Below, piece by piece: positions 19,096-27,124 of a stretch of DNA of 64,000 nucleotides. The position numbers and the translations under genes are program-made. The stretch comes from Candidatus Poribacteria bacterium (GTDB lineage: Bacteria; Poribacteria; WGA-4E; WGA-3G): the NCBI GenBank assembly GCA_958295815.1, contig OY282374.1, positions 311,416 to 375,415 of the forward strand, read 5' to 3'. Position 1 is the first letter of the stretch; each line of letters opens with the position of its first letter. The notes beneath the pieces were generated by a model, which was not told the DNA's origin, searched no databases, and saw nothing but the letters and a program-made list of their open reading frames with translations.

Positions 19096-19282
19096 TTTAT
19101 TTTATTTCCTTTTGATTCTTTAATAGGGTCAGTCTGAGATTGTGCCTGACCTCAGCATGTTTTTGCATATTCGCTGAGGGATGTCGCGACTTGTTAAAAA
19201 CGTGCCAGCTTAAATATGTCTTACATCGTATAACAACACAAATCGCTATAATTTAGTTTACATTTATTACGATGGGACTTTT

Positions 19283-19434
19283 ATGATAACCCAAGTTCTA
19301 CCTACAAAACTATAGACAGATATGCACCATTTCTGATTGGAAAAACAAGGAATTTTCCCTAATTCTGGTGTTCTGCGGTGCCATGTCCCTATAATTCTTG
19401 TTTATTTTTATAAGATGGCAACTTAGGTTATAAT
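19283..19434. repeat. 152-bp element bounded by the same inverted ATAACC(C/T)AAGTT arms
   Basis: Left arm 19283-19302 is ATGATAACCCAAGTTCTACC. The right arm 19417-19434 reverse-complements to ATTATAACCTAAGTTGCC. Confidence 0.5.
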
Positions 19435-19455
19435 ACGAAAGGAGTTAGGGATTCT

Positions 19456-20883
19456 CTAAACGTCAACACGGAGAAAAGAAAGAAACGCACCTGCGAACAA
19501 CACCGCAGAAAATAGGAATAACAACATAAAGTCTGTTGCTGCAGCGTTGTAGGCACCGCTGAGACTAATACGATCTTCAAATTTCGGAATAGATTCAAAG
19601 TTTACAGGCTTTTGTGAGGTTCCCTCCTTGGGACCAATTGCATGTGGGCTCTCTGAATCGACACTGTCGCTTTCGACGAGAAATTCGTTGAATTCACCCG
19701 CATATCGACCTACCTGCGCTAAGAATTGAACATGCCGAGTAAAACCCGTTCCAGCAAGGGATTCAATAGCATAGCGTACACTCGACGCAGGCGATATACG
19801 GGTTATGGATCTCGCAAGTTGAATCTGAGCGATCTGAGCGTCCAAGTGTTCCTCATCCAATTTTTCGTTGCGTTTCGCATCTTCCATGACGTATTTTGAC
19901 CATAATAACGTCTCTTTTGTGGCTGGAATCTCTCGTGAGGCTTTGGACCAACGGTTTTTGTATTGCTCGTCAAGGTTCTGGCGCAGATTCTCCCGACGCG
20001 CATTCAATTCATCGCTGGTCATGGTTGGCTGTAAACCACTGGTAAGCGCGCCCAATGTAAAAGGCAGTAAAGCTATCCAAACAACCCAAACGAGTAAGAG
20101 AATCGTGAGACTTGTTGACGAGTGGTTCACATGAGAGGAAATCAACAGCCCCAACGCGAGAAAAATTGACACATAAACAAAAGCGATAAGAGCAATAATT
20201 CCCAATCGTTCCCACTCGCTTGCTCCCAATGGAGTACTTCCTGAAGTGTAAAGTAGGAAGAGGTTAATTAACGCAGCAATCAGAAAAGGAATACTAATAG
20301 TTATCAATGCTGCAAGAAACTTGCTTACCAATGCGGTCCCACGTGAAATGCTATTGGACAGGATCAGGCGCAGTGTGCCGTGTTCTTGCTCCGAGGAGAT
20401 CGCGTCGAAAGTGAATAGGATTGCAACCAAACTCAACACCACAGAGATGATATTTCCCCAATCAACATCCGTGTAATCGGGCATTATGTTCCACAGATTT
20501 GGGTTGGTTTGCGGGTATTTCATGCGCCATATCCCTCTGATAGAAAAGCCATCAAAACCTGCGCTCCAACTGGCACTACTGCCTTGAGCGGACTCAGGTA
20601 TAAATGCTTCACCGCTATTTGCACAGAAGGAGAGTGGAGAAGGTTTTTTGTAGAGGTTGCCGGGTCCTGCTGTAAGCAGCGTATACAAACTGTCTGCATT
20701 TGATCTCATCTTATCTAAAGACGCTGAGACCTTTTCTTGATATGCCACCGATTGTGCTTTGTATTCGCCAAGATACCCAATTGCATTGATGATCATCAGT
20801 ATGAGCAGCAGTACCATTGTAAAGGCAAATCGCAGGCTATTTAAATGATCGTAGAGTTCACGTTTCGTAATATGCCAAATCAT
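19456..20883 (-). CDS. ABC-2/NosY-like membrane protein, type A paralog (pair 1)
   Basis: Start set at the conserved MIWHITKRELYDHLNSLRFAF. TM1 and a large loop are followed by the ISSEQEHGTLRL motif, five TMs, a soluble region with ISPASSV..ESLAGTGFTRH, and a terminal TM ending RVDV. Confidence 0.75.
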   Translation of the reverse strand: MIWHITKRELYDHLNSLRFAFTMVLLLILMIINAIGYLGEYKAQSVAYQEKVSASLDKMRSNADSLYTLLTAGPGNLYKKPSPLSFCANSGEAFIPESAQGSSASWSAGFDGFSIRGIWRMKYPQTNPNLWNIMPDYTDVDWGNIISVVLSLVAILFTFDAISSEQEHGTLRLILSNSISRGTALVSKFLAALITISIPFLIAALINLFLLYTSGSTPLGASEWERLGIIALIAFVYVSIFLALGLLISSHVNHSSTSLTILLLVWVVWIALLPFTLGALTSGLQPTMTSDELNARRENLRQNLDEQYKNRWSKASREIPATKETLLWSKYVMEDAKRNEKLDEEHLDAQIAQIQLARSITRISPASSVRYAIESLAGTGFTRHVQFLAQVGRYAGEFNEFLVESDSVDSESPHAIGPKEGTSQKPVNFESIPKFEDRISLSGAYNAAATDFMLLFLFSAVLFAGAFLSFLRVDV

Positions 20884-21006
20884 TTTTGGTTCTCGGTTAT
20901 AAGTTGTAAGTTGTTGGTCAGAGAGACTTGGACTCGAAAAATCCATCTCACAGCCACACGGCTTAACCAAGTACCAAGTACCAAGTACCAAAAACCAACA
21001 ACCATT
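20884..21006. repeat. Type-1 intra-pair intergenic element (GGTACTT heptamer repeats)
   Basis: About 80% identical by eye to 43247-43362. Contains ACCAAGTACCAAGTACCAAGTACC (20965-20990) and GGTTATAAGTTGTAAGTTG. Confidence 0.6.
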
Positions 21007-22518
21007 TTACACTTCCTGCCGAACGAAAATCAGAAACGTCGCCATGAAAAGCACAAGATTGATGAGTAGTAGGCAGGCCATATCGCCGCTGGCGCGCTTC
21101 AATCCTGTCAATACATCTGCTCGGTGATAGGAGAATCGTGGCAGATCATTCAAGTCAATTGCACCTCTGTCACTGGCAAACCATTGACGTGAAGAAAAAG
21201 CCTTCTTATCATAGAAATAATCAATAATCGTTTGCCGATACTGCTGGACTGTCGTGATAAAGTCCGCAATGCTATGGAGATCCGTTCCTGCCCACGCCTC
21301 TGTTGATGTATCGTACATAGCTGCTGGTGAAAGACGCATTAGGTTTCTCGCCACGTTCGCTTTACGGACGTAGACCTGATCCAAAGCCTTCTGACGAACC
21401 AGCCATGTTTGCTCTGCTGCGCGTATCCGTCGCGGCTCTGAGAATTGAAAATAGGATTTGACATAAGGCACCTGTGGTTCTGAATCTTCATCGATATTTG
21501 TCCAATGGCGATATTCTGGTTTAAAATACTTCAGTGTTGACGAATAGCCGAGATTTACGGTCCCCCAACTACTGCCACTCTTTATATTGAAGTTCGTGTT
21601 TTCCCCTTCAACACCATCGTTTTTCAAGTAATCCATCCGTTCTTTTTCAAACCGTTCCCAGATCTGCTCAATTTCTTGATAAGCTGCTTCCAATTGAGAG
21701 GGTGTGTGCCAAAGCCGATTGACTGTGAATACGCTGAGACTTGGATAGATTAGGACTAAGGAACTCCATATCACCATTGACAGCATCAAAGCGGTGGCAG
21801 TTCGGCGAGTAGTTGCCGAAATTAGTAACCCGATCAGGTAGAAAGCGGAGAGATAGATGATTGAGGTGAGCAGGATGCCACCAATCCGGAGCCAGTCGTC
21901 ACTTTTGAGCAAAATTGACCCAGATACAGAAAATAAAATCAGCGCGAGTAGCAGACTGATGATCAGAGGAAGGATCAGGCATGCCATGGCACTGGTGTAT
22001 TTCGCCAACAAAATAATGGGACGACTGACAGGATTTGCCATCGTCAACCGGAGCGTACCCGCTTCTCGTTCGCCAGCGATGGCATCGTGGGCAAAAAGCA
22101 GTGCTAGTAGACTGAGGATTACCTGAAAAATAAAAACTAAATCGACACTGGAAAATAGGTTAAGAAAGGGATTATCGGCACTGTGGGATTGTGTATCCCA
22201 CAGCGTTGGTACGAGGGTATGCCTAACGTTAATAGAGTTTCCAAGCCGTCGATCTAACCCTGCATTAAAAATACTCAACGTGTTGGGAGGGCGGTCCACA
22301 CGGATTTTTCCCTCCACCGCCGAGTAGACCTCTGCTTCTGACACCTTATGATGGTGTTGTTGCGCTGCGGTATTGTAGCTTGTCAGGCGACGTTCGTAAT
22401 CGGCGATCAACACAATAGTATTCGCAACGACCAGGGACAACGTGACAACCATCGCGACGGAAAACCGGAACGTCATGAGGTTGGCAAGCAGTTCTCGTCG
22501 AATGAGTGTCAGAAACAT
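21007..22518 (-). CDS. ABC-2/NosY-like membrane protein, type B paralog (pair 1)
   Basis: MFLTLIRRELLANLMTFRF; AGEREAGTLRL; RLSPAAMYDTSTEAWAGTDL; terminal TM ending RQEV. AAGGAG precedes the start, 24 nt after the purB stop. Confidence 0.75.
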   Translation of the reverse strand: MFLTLIRRELLANLMTFRFSVAMVVTLSLVVANTIVLIADYERRLTSYNTAAQQHHHKVSEAEVYSAVEGKIRVDRPPNTLSIFNAGLDRRLGNSINVRHTLVPTLWDTQSHSADNPFLNLFSSVDLVFIFQVILSLLALLFAHDAIAGEREAGTLRLTMANPVSRPIILLAKYTSAMACLILPLIISLLLALILFSVSGSILLKSDDWLRIGGILLTSIIYLSAFYLIGLLISATTRRTATALMLSMVIWSSLVLIYPSLSVFTVNRLWHTPSQLEAAYQEIEQIWERFEKERMDYLKNDGVEGENTNFNIKSGSSWGTVNLGYSSTLKYFKPEYRHWTNIDEDSEPQVPYVKSYFQFSEPRRIRAAEQTWLVRQKALDQVYVRKANVARNLMRLSPAAMYDTSTEAWAGTDLHSIADFITTVQQYRQTIIDYFYDKKAFSSRQWFASDRGAIDLNDLPRFSYHRADVLTGLKRASGDMACLLLINLVLFMATFLIFVRQEV

Positions 22519-22542
22519 TGATCGCTCCTTCGGACACGATCA

Positions 22543-23946
22543 TCACGGGGTATTGTAATGAGAAATTCGTTTTTCCCATTCATCGCATGTCGCATGCGTG
22601 AGTCGAACCGAGGCACCGATATAATTCGTCGGGTCCCGAAGTGCCTCACGCTGCGGTTCCGTTAGTTTATCAAGGAACGGACGAAACATCTCATCTTCCC
22701 ACAGCAATGTTGTCAAACTCTTCCCGGTCTGATGCACCTGTCCAATTAGCTTCCGGGTGTGATCATACGCATCGGGAAACCCGTAATATGCCATCAAAAG
22801 GTAGATAGGCTCAGCAATCGTATCCTCTGCACTCAGAGCGAGGTTACGCCGCATGTTATCGGCTTTTACATCCATCTCTCCCAGGGCACGCCGAAGCCGG
22901 TAAATGGCATAGTCAAACGCCGTAAACAGTTCCGTCAAGAAACGGCTTGATGCTGAATTCGTCAGGTCGCGTTGATGTTCTAAAATACTATCCATGAAAA
23001 CCGTCTGCATACGTGGCACGAACGCCTTCCACAGGCTTTTAATATTCTCATAAGTCTCTGGATTCACTTTATGTGGCATCGTCGATGACCCAACCAGTTG
23101 CGGGTTATACTTCCTACCGACCTCAGCGATTTCAGTGCGGTAGAGATGTCGCATATCATCTGCGAAGTTCGCAAGCACCGTATACGCCGCCGTAATCTGA
23201 TATGCCAAATCAGAGATAAACTCCGGCTCCACGCATTGCGTAGACGTGTGTGTATCGGACGGTTTCAAACCGAGCAATTCAAGAAAATCCGCCTCAATTC
23301 GTTCTGGATGTTCGTGAATCAGCGTGAGTCCGTTAAAGGCACCGACTGCACCTGAGAATTGCCCACGGAGATTTTCTCCTGCCTCATGGATCTTCTCAAT
23401 TCGGGTCCCGAGACGGCTAACGTAAAGTGCCAGGGAATAACCGAACGTTGTCGGCTCGGCGTGTTGACCGTGTGTCCTGCCGATTTGCACCGTCCCTGCA
23501 TGCTCACGCGCCAATCCAATAAGTTGCTGTTCCAGCGCAACCAGATCGGGAATAATCACGTTTTCAGTCAATGCTTTGAACCGTAAAGCGGTGGCAGTAT
23601 CCAAGATGTCTGCAGAAGTCGCGAACAGATGGACATAAGGACGCGCTTCAGGACTAATCTTCCGCCGAATCACATTAACAAGCGAGCGGATGTTATGCCG
23701 AATGCGAGACTGTTCTTCATAAACCTCTTCCGCGGTTACAAGATCTACTGCTTGTTCCACCTCATCAGCGATCGCCGACGAACAGACACCATAGTTTGCC
23801 AAAGTCCGTACCAATGCCGCCTCCACCTTTGCTTGATATGTAACATATCCAGCCTCAGAAACATAAGGCAGCAACCGCTTCATAAAATCAGGATCGCTAC
23901 CATAATATCTAAAGTCCAGTGGACTAACGGCTTCATAAAGTTCCAT
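22543..23946 (-). CDS. purB: Adenylosuccinate lyase
   Basis: MELYEAVSPLDFRYYG N-terminus and the fumarate-lyase signature GSSTMPHKVNP. Length is ~467 aa from ATG 23946. Confidence 0.85.
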   Translation of the reverse strand: MELYEAVSPLDFRYYGSDPDFMKRLLPYVSEAGYVTYQAKVEAALVRTLANYGVCSSAIADEVEQAVDLVTAEEVYEEQSRIRHNIRSLVNVIRRKISPEARPYVHLFATSADILDTATALRFKALTENVIIPDLVALEQQLIGLAREHAGTVQIGRTHGQHAEPTTFGYSLALYVSRLGTRIEKIHEAGENLRGQFSGAVGAFNGLTLIHEHPERIEADFLELLGLKPSDTHTSTQCVEPEFISDLAYQITAAYTVLANFADDMRHLYRTEIAEVGRKYNPQLVGSSTMPHKVNPETYENIKSLWKAFVPRMQTVFMDSILEHQRDLTNSASSRFLTELFTAFDYAIYRLRRALGEMDVKADNMRRNLALSAEDTIAEPIYLLMAYYGFPDAYDHTRKLIGQVHQTGKSLTTLLWEDEMFRPFLDKLTEPQREALRDPTNYIGASVRLTHATCDEWEKRISHYNTP

Positions 23947-24094
23947 AAAATATATTCTCCGTAGGAGCGAAGAAAACCTCACTCCTTCATAGTTGTTTTA
24001 CTTCCAATTATACACGCGATTTAGCGGAATGTAAAGTGCTTTGTTTCCAAAGATATGCCATCTGGCTCTCTATAATCTCAACTTCTTACTCCAT

Positions 24095-24129
24095 ATATCT
24101 TCTTGTAGGAGCGACCTCCTGCTCGCGAC
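24095..24129. repeat. REP-like TGTAGGAGCGACC...CGCGAC copy
   Basis: TATATCTTCTTGTAGGAGCGACCTCCTGCTCGCGAC has the same core as the copies at 7581-7716. It is followed by CTGACTGCTGATAGC and CATAACC-type heptamer tracts up to about 24200. Confidence 0.5.
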
Positions 24130-24347
24130 TTTTACTGACTGCTGATAGCTGAATTCCATTCCTTCCATAACCCACAACTCATAACCCATAACCATATTCA
24201 GACAACAATTCCCACATTAGACCGAAATTGCGTTTTTGGATTCAGTGTGTTACAATATTGATTATATATTAAACGTTACACGTAGGGGTTTCTCTACCAT
24301 ATCACTGTCCCACACAGAACTCATCGCATTTATTTCAGAGGAAAAAT

Positions 24348-26576
24348 ATGAACTATACTAAACAAGTTTGTGCTTTGGTTTTCTTAGCAATGTTATCTAC
24401 ATCTCTAACAGTCGTTGCCGATGAGGAAACCGAAGAGATTGTTATGATGGAAGAGGTCGTCGTTACTGCTCGGAAACGTGAGCAGCGATCCTTTGAAGTC
24501 CCACTCTCCGTCTCAACTATCCGAGGCGACAAATCCGATGCCTTGCGTTCATCAGGCATGGATATACGTTTTTTATCGAACCGTACTCCGAGTTTGCAGA
24601 TGGAGTCGTCATTCGGACGTATCTTTCCACGCTTTTTTATCCGTGGTCTCGGCAATACAGACTTTGACCTCAACGCCTCACAGCCAGTGTCAGTTCTCTA
24701 CGACGGGGTTGTACTCGAAAACGCGATGTTGAAAGGATTTCCCGCCTTTGACTTAGATCGGATTGAAGTGCTACGTGGACCACAAGGCACACTGTTTGGA
24801 CGCAATACACCCGCAGGCATTGTGAAGTTTGAATCGGCACGTCCTACCCAGACATTGGAGGGATACGGACGACTGAGTTACGGACGGTTCAATAGCAGCA
24901 ATTTTGAAGGCGCAGTATCGGGTCCACTCGTTCCTTCTGTGCTTTCCGCAAGACTTTCACTGCTGGCTCAGTGGCGGGATGATTGGGTGAATAACGAACA
25001 CACTGGCGAAGATGGTGTCTTAGGCGGACATCGCGACTTAGCTGGACGTCTCCAACTGTTGTGGACCCCCATGCCAGAACTCCAAGCGTGGCTTAAATTC
25101 CATGCGCGCGACCTTGACGGCACGGCGCGCCTATTTCGTGCGAATATCTTGTCGAAGGGCGAAGGCGGTCTGGTTCAGGATTTCGCCCGCGACCGTATCG
25201 CGCACGACGGACGCAATGAACAGACCCTGAGAACGCAGGGATTGACTGCTGAAGTCCGTTACGACATCGGAAATTTCCAACTCGTTTCGCTGACAGGACT
25301 GGAACAACTCACCAACTTTTCGCGTGGGGACATTGATGGCGGATACAGTGCCGCGTTCAGTCCGCCGAGTGGTCCTGGCGATATTCCTTTTCCTTCTGAG
25401 ACAGCGTCCGGTGTTCCCGCACTTCGCCAGTTTAGCCAAGAAGTCCGGTTGATGAGTCCAGAAGCGCGTCGTCTCGTCTACCAGTTCGGGGTGTACTATT
25501 TTCGTGAGTTTGTAGAGTTGGAGGATTTCAACTACAATACTTTGGCTGGAGGCACTTTGGATGGCGAAGCGCGCCAAGAGCAGACAGCCACAGCACAGGC
25601 GGCATTTGCGGCGATGACTTTCCAAATGCTTGAGGATCTGGAATTAGGGGCTGGATTACGACTGTCTCACGATGCGAAGGATTATACAGCATGGCGGGAC
25701 ATATCACCTATTGGCGCGGGTCCACTCAGTCCTATCCATCGGAACCCTCAAGACACGGTGTGGAGTGGGGATCTGAGTCTCCGCTATCGCGTAACACCTA
25801 ATGTCCAGACCTATTTGCGCGCAGCACGAGGATTCCGAGCACCCAGCATTCAGGGACGCTTACTATTTGGTGATGCCGTCACAATGGCGGATACGGAAAT
25901 CATCCATTCCTTTGAAGGTGGCACGAAGTTGCGCCTGTGGCAGCAACGGCTACACCTAAATATGGGCGCGTTCCAATACTTTATGCAGGATCAGCAACTT
26001 ACTGCGGTCGGTGGAGAGACCAATTTCAATCGGTTAGTAAATGCTGATAGTACCATTGGGCGGGGGGTTGAGGCGGAGTTAACTTTCCTACCGGTTACAC
26101 CTCTGGAAATTTCAGCGGGACTCAGTTACAACCAGACACGCATTGACGATCCGAATTTGGCTATCCAAGGATGTGGCGCACCGTGTACGATTCTCGATCC
26201 GAGTGCTTCTGCGCAGGGAACTTTTTCTATAAACGGCAACAGTCTGCCGCAAGCACCCGGTTGGATTGCAGATGTGACCCTACGCTACGTTCTTGAACTT
26301 CCGGGTGGAACGCGCCTCATCGCATCCACGGACTGGGCGTATCGGAGTCGAGTACGGTTTTTCCTCTACGAATCTGTGGAATACGCCGACGACTGGCTCT
26401 TAGAGGGTGGTGTCCGCCTTGCCTGTCTATTGCCCTATGCTGACATAGAGGTGGCACTGATCGGACGTAATATCCTCAACGATACATCGCCCACCGGCGG
26501 CATTGATTTCAACAATCTAACCGGTTATGTCAATGAACCCCGATTTTGGAGCTTGGAAATGGTGCGCCGTTTTTGA
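24348..26576 (+). CDS. TonB-dependent outer-membrane receptor
   Basis: Signal peptide. Plug region EEVVVTARKREQ and RIEVLRGPQGTLFGRNTPAGIV. Long beta-barrel region and a C-terminal aromatic residue (..MVRRF). Confidence 0.85.
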   Translation: MNYTKQVCALVFLAMLSTSLTVVADEETEEIVMMEEVVVTARKREQRSFEVPLSVSTIRGDKSDALRSSGMDIRFLSNRTPSLQMESSFGRIFPRFFIRGLGNTDFDLNASQPVSVLYDGVVLENAMLKGFPAFDLDRIEVLRGPQGTLFGRNTPAGIVKFESARPTQTLEGYGRLSYGRFNSSNFEGAVSGPLVPSVLSARLSLLAQWRDDWVNNEHTGEDGVLGGHRDLAGRLQLLWTPMPELQAWLKFHARDLDGTARLFRANILSKGEGGLVQDFARDRIAHDGRNEQTLRTQGLTAEVRYDIGNFQLVSLTGLEQLTNFSRGDIDGGYSAAFSPPSGPGDIPFPSETASGVPALRQFSQEVRLMSPEARRLVYQFGVYYFREFVELEDFNYNTLAGGTLDGEARQEQTATAQAAFAAMTFQMLEDLELGAGLRLSHDAKDYTAWRDISPIGAGPLSPIHRNPQDTVWSGDLSLRYRVTPNVQTYLRAARGFRAPSIQGRLLFGDAVTMADTEIIHSFEGGTKLRLWQQRLHLNMGAFQYFMQDQQLTAVGGETNFNRLVNADSTIGRGVEAELTFLPVTPLEISAGLSYNQTRIDDPNLAIQGCGAPCTILDPSASAQGTFSINGNSLPQAPGWIADVTLRYVLELPGGTRLIASTDWAYRSRVRFFLYESVEYADDWLLEGGVRLACLLPYADIEVALIGRNILNDTSPTGGIDFNNLTGYVNEPRFWSLEMVRRF

Positions 26577-26646
26577 GTGGATTATAGGAATAAGCAGATA
26601 TTTCGATAAACAGTGGGATCAAAAACGCTCCACTACCGCTGATTTC

Positions 26647-26730
26647 GGTCATCCTGAAAATCCTAAAATCCTGTGAATCCTGGTTCTGACAATCCATCGC
26701 TAATCGCTGATTGCTGACCGCTATTCCGCC
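26647..26730. repeat. Dispersed intergenic element GGTCATCCTGAAAATCCT...TTCTGACAATCCA...GCTGA-rich tail
   Basis: A second copy lies at 33053-33125. The tail GCTGACCGCTATTCCGC also resembles 13050-13070. Confidence 0.55.
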
Positions 26731-26762
26731 AACAACTTATACCTAATGTGGGATAAAAATAT

Positions 26763-26791
26763 TTGACATCCCACATAGGATATGGTATCAT
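26763..26791 (+). promoter_or_regulatory. Near-consensus sigma-70-type promoter upstream of the ileS leader
   Basis: TTGACA (26763-26768), an exact 17-nt spacer, then TATCAT (26786-26791). Confidence 0.55.
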
Positions 26792-26889
26792 AATTAACAA
26801 GTCCACGTTACCAAACAAATTTTTGCTGATTCAAATAATACATGGACAAAAAATTGCTTACCACATTGACGTCGCAATATGAGGAACCT

Positions 26890-26988
26890 ATGTGCTACAA
26901 TGCCCAGCATCAAAATAGCCTTCGTGCTGTTGTGGGTTCGCGCGCCATATCCATTATTATTGCTATCCGTCGTACTGTGGTGGGCTGA
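26890..26988 (+). CDS. Candidate Ile-rich leader peptide (32 aa) of an ileS attenuator
   Basis: Hand translation gives MCYNAQHQNSLRAVVGSRAISIIIAIRRTVVG*. GAGGAA lies 3 nt upstream of the ATG. Five Ile codons fall among 7 consecutive codons (26947-26967). An in-frame ATG at 26842 would give 48 aa. Confidence 0.45.
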   Translation: MCYNAQHQNSLRAVVGSRAISIIIAIRRTVVG

Positions 26989-27017
26989 TCACAGGCAGAT
27001 ACGCAGTTTTTATTCGG

Positions 27018-27064
27018 ACGCCCATCACTGAAACGAACAATTTCAGTGGGGCGTTTTCTTTTTT
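27018..27064 (+). terminator. Intrinsic terminator between the leader ORF and ileS
   Basis: ACGCCCATCACTGAAA / loop CGAACAA / TTTCAGTGGGGCGT forms 8 + 6 bp with a 2-nt bulge. It is followed by TTTCTTTTTT, about 60 nt before the ileS ATG. Confidence 0.65.
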
Positions 27065-27124
27065 AACGTAGGTAGTAGACTAAAGTCCTTGATCTAGAGA
27101 TCGAGACTACATGAGGGAATTCAC

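Noticed and set aside
19120-19190. TPP-riboswitch-like fragment (GGTCAGTCTGAGATTGTGCCTGACC)
   Set aside because: Only the CTGAGA hexamer and a generic hairpin match. The ACCTGATCTGG..GCCAGCG half is absent. The segment lies between minus-strand genes unrelated to thiamine.
20884-20991. N-terminal extensions of the type-A ORFs of pair 1 and pair 2 (MVLGTWYLVKP.. / MLVFGTWYLVKP..; the pair-2 extension is at 43247-43357)
   Set aside because: The extensions translate the GGTACTT heptamer repeats of the intergenic element. All seven type-A paralogs align from the invariant MIWHI start, and pairs 3-7 lack the extension.
26800-27124. T-box leader upstream of ileS
   Set aside because: No T-box consensus (AGGGTGGNACCGCG-like) or specifier-loop architecture is visible. 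The short Ile-rich ORF plus terminator fits a leader-peptide attenuator better.
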